64,000 nt of DNA. Source: a virus (lineage: Duplodnaviria; Caudoviricetes). The stretch spans positions 146,317-210,316 of IMG/VR virus record IMGVR_UViG_3300037249_001405, one strand, 5' to 3'. The stretch's first letter is position 1. Each line of letters starts with the position of its first letter. Below, piece after piece: positions 59,520 to 64,000 of the stretch. The notes under the pieces are model-generated. The model saw only the letters and a program-made list of their open reading frames with translations, did no database searches and was not told the DNA's origin. The position numbers and the translations under genes were made by a program.

Positions 59520-61088
59520 TTACTCTAGTAATTCTTGATCTACATAGCCATAAGTGTTTTCTCCATTAAAGAAGTTACAATACATTAACCAGTGCATTTT
59601 GGAGTATTGTTCTCTAAGCTCCTCTGGGACTCTTTTCAAGTAAGAGATTCCACACCTTATTTTGTATAATTTATCTATGAGCTCGTCGTACCTATTGTCT
59701 TTGATAACTGCAATTCCTAGGTTGTCTACTTCTACTTGTTCCTTAGATAAAATTCTCTCAAACAAAAGCCTCTGTTCTGTTGCAGATAAATCAGCCTCTA
59801 CTTTACTCTTTGAAGTTTCAAGTTGATTTATGATAGAATCAAAATCAGGAAATGAAGTTAAGATCTTTTCAGTCGGGACGTATTTATAGAATTTCCCTTC
59901 TAATCTTACAACTATTCTGCATGAATGATCGATAAAGTATTCAAACCTATCAGCACTAACTAATTCTTTTGTAAGAATTCCCCCTAGACTATTATAATTT
60001 ACAAACTCCATCTTTTTGCTAACTTTATTAGCTAATTTTATTATATCATTGGAGCCTATAAACGTAATGTTCACTTCTGTATAGGGAATTTTTTTCATCT
60101 TTTTCTCAAGCTTAGTTTTTCTTGATCTAAAGTCACTTAGACTTTCCTTTATTCTGTCAAGCTCTTTATCTATTTCTTGAGTGATCAATTCCTTTACCTC
60201 AGTGTGTTCTAGCTTATCGAGTTTTAGAAGTAAGTTTATATCTGACCTATATTCATATCCAGGTGAGTCTAGCCTATAGAAATTAGCGGATGCGTATTTT
60301 TCCCTCATTATAGGTTTCTCCCTTTGAAAGTATTGATTTATAAAGTTCTTGAAATCATTACCTAACCTTGGGAATAAATCTAGCCATTCAGTTCCAATAT
60401 ACCTATTTATATTTTCTATAAATTTATCTGGATTTGATTTATACGTACTCAGTATATCCTCATCCGTACCCATTCCGACTTCATTAATATTGAATATTGT
60501 AGGTTCGTAGTAATCGTCCTCACAATTATCCTCGAGTAATCTGTTCTGTTTGTTGATGAAAATCTTTAGGACTTTTTCTAGATCACCATACTTTATTCCT
60601 TTAAGGAGGTTTTCTATTTCTTCGTATTCTCTAATGTCTATATCCTTTTCTCTAATATACATTAGAGAGACATTTCTATCACCGTGAATATTATTTCTGG
60701 TCTTATCGTTTAGCTCTTCATTAGCCTTGAGTCCAATGTAATTAACTCCGATATTATCACTGCAAGTTATTCCATTTAAGTGCAGTGTTTTTACTACTGT
60801 TTCTTCTATACCTGTTTGTGAAGTCCCTATTAAATTATCAGAAGTAAGGTTACATCTCAAATCTGTTTTTGGATTAATTGATAGATCAGATGGTATTATG
60901 TTGTATATCTGCTCATTCCTTAGATTAGTTGATATCGCTATAAAATCAGTTTCATAGCCTAATTCATCCTTTAAATTAACTAATGGTTTGAGGAGAAGAT
61001 CAAGTGGTACTGCTAAATATTCCCTTTGAACTCTAGTAAATCTGCTAGGAGAACGATCCGTTTGGTATACCATTCCACCCTCAATCAT
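59520..61088 (-). CDS. Hypothetical coiled-coil protein (true N-terminus may be the 61081-61161 mini-ORF)
   Basis: 522-aa ORF. Confidence 0.75.
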   Translation of the reverse strand: MIEGGMVYQTDRSPSRFTRVQREYLAVPLDLLLKPLVNLKDELGYETDFIAISTNLRNEQIYNIIPSDLSINPKTDLRCNLTSDNLIGTSQTGIEETVVKTLHLNGITCSDNIGVNYIGLKANEELNDKTRNNIHGDRNVSLMYIREKDIDIREYEEIENLLKGIKYGDLEKVLKIFINKQNRLLEDNCEDDYYEPTIFNINEVGMGTDEDILSTYKSNPDKFIENINRYIGTEWLDLFPRLGNDFKNFINQYFQREKPIMREKYASANFYRLDSPGYEYRSDINLLLKLDKLEHTEVKELITQEIDKELDRIKESLSDFRSRKTKLEKKMKKIPYTEVNITFIGSNDIIKLANKVSKKMEFVNYNSLGGILTKELVSADRFEYFIDHSCRIVVRLEGKFYKYVPTEKILTSFPDFDSIINQLETSKSKVEADLSATEQRLLFERILSKEQVEVDNLGIAVIKDNRYDELIDKLYKIRCGISYLKRVPEELREQYSKMHWLMYCNFFNGENTYGYVDQELLE

Positions 61089-61305
61089 CCTTTACACTCA
61101 AGTCTGTTCCTAATGGAAAAACTTGGTTATCTATGTAGATTTGTTGTTTTTCGGTTTTCATATTTATTATAATTTTTTTTATTCGATAATTCTATTCTCT
61201 TTTTAAGAGATTTAGCTTTATTGAAATTCCTGTTTTGCTCTCCAACTAGCTTTAAGTCTTTACTTTTGATGAGTATTAATTAATAAATAATATAAAAATA
61301 AAATT

Positions 61306-62286
61306 ATGAAAATTATTAGTTCAAAAGTAGAGTTGGTAAAACCCTCTGGAAATTTTCTAAAGGATATTGAAAGAGTAGGTAGAGTAACTTACAAATCAGA
61401 GGATAAAATCAAGGACGGTTCAGAGATTGATTTTGTTAAGAGAATGATAAAGTTAGGTCATTGGGCTGTACTTGAATTCGGTACCCTTTATTTTAAAATC
61501 CCAGTAGGAGAGTGTTCCAATGTTATATCTGTATTAACTGATCCTGATAGATATGAGGCTAGAGGATCAAGGGTAATATTGAAAGATAAGTACTACTATG
61601 TTACTACTAATTTTAGGGTACGTGAACAGTTGTGGTATGAGGCTAAAAGTAAAGGGGATAGTGACTATAAAAAAGATGTACTTGCATTAGGCAAGTATAT
61701 GACAGAACCTGACATATCTGTTCATAAGTTGAGAGCTAACACACACTGGATAGCTTCTATTGCAGTATCAAACCAGGCATTTAGAGGTAGAGTATTTTCA
61801 CAGATGCAGGAATCACAGAGATACTGTAATTATTCTAAGGATAAGTTTGGTAATGAATTGACCTTTATATTGCCTTATTGGGCATATGAAAAAGAGGCTA
61901 AATCCCTCGGCATTCAAGATGCGAAAGAGAAAGATGCTGGTACTCTTTGGAATGAGTTGATAAAGGTTAGTAGAAAGTGCAATAGGAGAAATGAATATTG
62001 GAAGACTGTGGAGTATGAATATCTAGAAGAGATTAAAGATGGAATGTTGCCTGAAGAAGCAAGAGATGTTCTTGATAAGCAAATAAAGACTGAATTCTAT
62101 CTTTGTGGTTTCTTGGATGATTGGTTCTATGAGCCTCCAAAGGGTTCTCCTGAAAAGGCTGGATTCTTCTCTCTGAGAACAGCTCAAGCAGCACAGGGAG
62201 ATATTAGAGATTTAGCCTGTGAATTAGAGAAAATGATGTGGGTTGAATATACTGGACCTAATTTTAAATATCAAATAACTAAGTGA
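61306..62286 (+). CDS. thyX: FAD-dependent thymidylate synthase
   Basis: IERVGRVTYKS, GHWAVLEF, RGRVFSQMQESQRYCNY, PEEAR, FFSLR..AQGDIR. Confidence 0.88.
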   Translation: MKIISSKVELVKPSGNFLKDIERVGRVTYKSEDKIKDGSEIDFVKRMIKLGHWAVLEFGTLYFKIPVGECSNVISVLTDPDRYEARGSRVILKDKYYYVTTNFRVREQLWYEAKSKGDSDYKKDVLALGKYMTEPDISVHKLRANTHWIASIAVSNQAFRGRVFSQMQESQRYCNYSKDKFGNELTFILPYWAYEKEAKSLGIQDAKEKDAGTLWNELIKVSRKCNRRNEYWKTVEYEYLEEIKDGMLPEEARDVLDKQIKTEFYLCGFLDDWFYEPPKGSPEKAGFFSLRTAQAAQGDIRDLACELEKMMWVEYTGPNFKYQITK

Positions 62287-63275
62287 TGAAATTAGAGAAT
62301 GATTCAAAAGAGCTAGAGGATAGAATTAGAAATACTAGCTTTATCAGTTACGAAGAATATATTGAATCTGAACTTTTATCGACTGGGATAGATGAATGTA
62401 CATGTTATAGGTGTAAGGAGAAAAGACCTCCACTTACCTATGCTAATAGAACATTCTTCACCCAACCTTGCTGGGGTTGTATAGATGAGGCAGATAAAAG
62501 AGGAGCTAAATCAGCTAGTGCTCAAGTTTTGGATGCTATAAAGGACTATTACTTTGACACTATTCTTGGAGATCATTACCTTCAACTGTTTATTGTGGAT
62601 GATATTTATTTTAAAAATACAATTCCACATGATTTCTCTGTATTTAAGAAAATATTAACCTCATTGGATCCCCCTGATAGAAATGATATATGGTTTTTGG
62701 ACTGGGTTACTGGTTATCCAAAGATCATAAGTCTAGATAATATGGCAGGTATGAGGTTGGTTAATCTATCTAATCTCTACAAAATAGAAAATCTAGATGA
62801 GGAAGGGAAGATTAAAATAGGAGAATTCGAAGTATCCCTGCCAGTTCAAATGACAGGTGAAAATAAACATTATTCAAGGTATAGTATCCTAAATACAAGT
62901 AATGAAGGTAATAGGGCAAGAAGGATAAAGATATCAAAGGATAAGTGTTATAAACTGTATAACACTGAGAATGATAATATTAAGTCTATTCTCAATCTTA
63001 CAAAAAATGGGGAGAAAGTTGCCATAGGAGACCTAACTTATCAGGATTATGTCATTATAAAGTTGGCTATTATGAGAAATAAAAAATTTCTTAGGACAAT
63101 ATTTGAAATAATCCTAGAAATATGTAAAAATGTTAGGGAGTTAAAGGACTCAGTCTTTTTGAAGAATAGTGTGATTTTGACTACAACACCCTCCGTAGAT
63201 ACCTCATTATGCCTACTTTGGAACCCACTATCTCCTTATCGAGATTCTAGGTATATAAATTTATCAATCTTTTAA
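62283..63275 (+). CDS. Hypothetical protein with N-terminal CxxC pairs
   Basis: CYRC...CWGC. Confidence 0.75.
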   Translation: MMKLENDSKELEDRIRNTSFISYEEYIESELLSTGIDECTCYRCKEKRPPLTYANRTFFTQPCWGCIDEADKRGAKSASAQVLDAIKDYYFDTILGDHYLQLFIVDDIYFKNTIPHDFSVFKKILTSLDPPDRNDIWFLDWVTGYPKIISLDNMAGMRLVNLSNLYKIENLDEEGKIKIGEFEVSLPVQMTGENKHYSRYSILNTSNEGNRARRIKISKDKCYKLYNTENDNIKSILNLTKNGEKVAIGDLTYQDYVIIKLAIMRNKKFLRTIFEIILEICKNVRELKDSVFLKNSVILTTTPSVDTSLCLLWNPLSPYRDSRYINLSIF

Positions 63276-63278
63276 ATA

Positions 63279-64000
63279 ATGGAAAAGGATAATAAAGAAG
63301 AAAAAAGTTTATTCCAATTGAGAGCAGTTGGTTTGGACACAAGCAATCTCAATTATCCATCCACATTAAGTTCGGGTGAGTATGAATTTATTCACCTGAA
63401 CTTTTCTTCTAACAATGATGAATTTACCTCTGATTTGTTGAAGAATTCAGTAGTTCTTATGACTATTGATTTCTTGGATGGTGCTAAAGATGCTGTAGCT
63501 AATTATGTTAGTCATAATGGTTTATTCAGATTGAGTTGTCTCTTGGTTGATTCTAAGTGTGATTTTGAAAAATATTCAGATCAGATTAAAGAACTAATTG
63601 ATAACAAAGTTATTGAAGAGTCCGGTGTAGGAATTTCATTACCTGAATCCGTTGAGAGATTAGAGGAGATTGAGAAGGTAATCAATTTTGATTATATTTC
63701 CCTTAATATTTGCCCTCTATCTTTTAATGCTGAAGTAATTAAATGGGCTAGGGAACACAATAAGAAGATAATTGGGTTTAACCCATTTGGTGGTTCTTTG
63801 TCTAGTATGAATATTATAAATTCATTCACTGTTCCCTATCTACTCGGGTTTGTCGCTACGTATGCAGATTATGTTTTCCTCAGCTCTAGAGATTTGATTT
63901 ATTCAGCTAATGAAAAGAATTACTTAGAGAGCTTAGTTGGTTGTACCTCAGAAAAGTTATACCTATTCACAAAGAGCTTGAATAAATTGGCAGAACCAAT
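63279..64000 (+). CDS. Aldo-keto reductase-like TIM-barrel protein (3' end outside window; absent from ORF track)
   Basis: Open frame from ATG 63279 to window end; GVGIS, DYISLNICPL, EVIKWAREHNKKIIGFNPFGG. Confidence 0.6.
   Translation, partial: MEKDNKEEKSLFQLRAVGLDTSNLNYPSTLSSGEYEFIHLNFSSNNDEFTSDLLKNSVVLMTIDFLDGAKDAVANYVSHNGLFRLSCLLVDSKCDFEKYSDQIKELIDNKVIEESGVGISLPESVERLEEIEKVINFDYISLNICPLSFNAEVIKWAREHNKKIIGFNPFGGSLSSMNIINSFTVPYLLGFVATYADYVFLSSRDLIYSANEKNYLESLVGCTSEKLYLFTKSLNKLAEP

Overview
AT-rich, densely coding 64-kb segment of a large (jumbo-type) dsDNA bacteriophage read in the standard genetic code. The host is probably Bacteroidota (inference from A-rich, Shine-Dalgarno-less leaders). 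Recognisable genes: SbcC/Rad50-like ATPase (5'-truncated), NAD-dependent DNA ligase, RtcB, AcrIII-1-like (DUF1874) ring nuclease, metallophosphoesterase, Rho-like ATPase, RibD-like reductase, SF2 helicase-like protein, GIY-YIG protein, polynucleotide kinase, GroES/GroEL, dUTPase, ParM-like actin, NrdD/NrdG, ThyX and an aldo-keto-reductase-like fold. Many orphan and paralogous hypothetical genes lie between them. The most striking content is non-coding. (i) A circularly permuted tRNA-Phe-like RNA at 16282-16394 (-): the D-loop is opened into a 17-bp stem and the acceptor end is closed by a second Phe-anticodon-like loop; it lies downstream of the anti-CRISPR gene. (ii) A ~900-nt highly structured candidate ncRNA at 29360-30268 (-). 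(iii) A ~215-nt structured RNA at 4721-4936 (+), a degenerate tRNA-like RNA at 40191-40259 (-) and several small promoter-hairpin RNAs. (iv) A phage promoter motif, and a 13-copy 5' leader made of promoter, covarying hairpin and conserved U-rich box, suggesting a promoter-proximal attenuation or cassette system. All protein assignments come from motif recognition by eye and all RNA structures were paired by hand; no searches were run.
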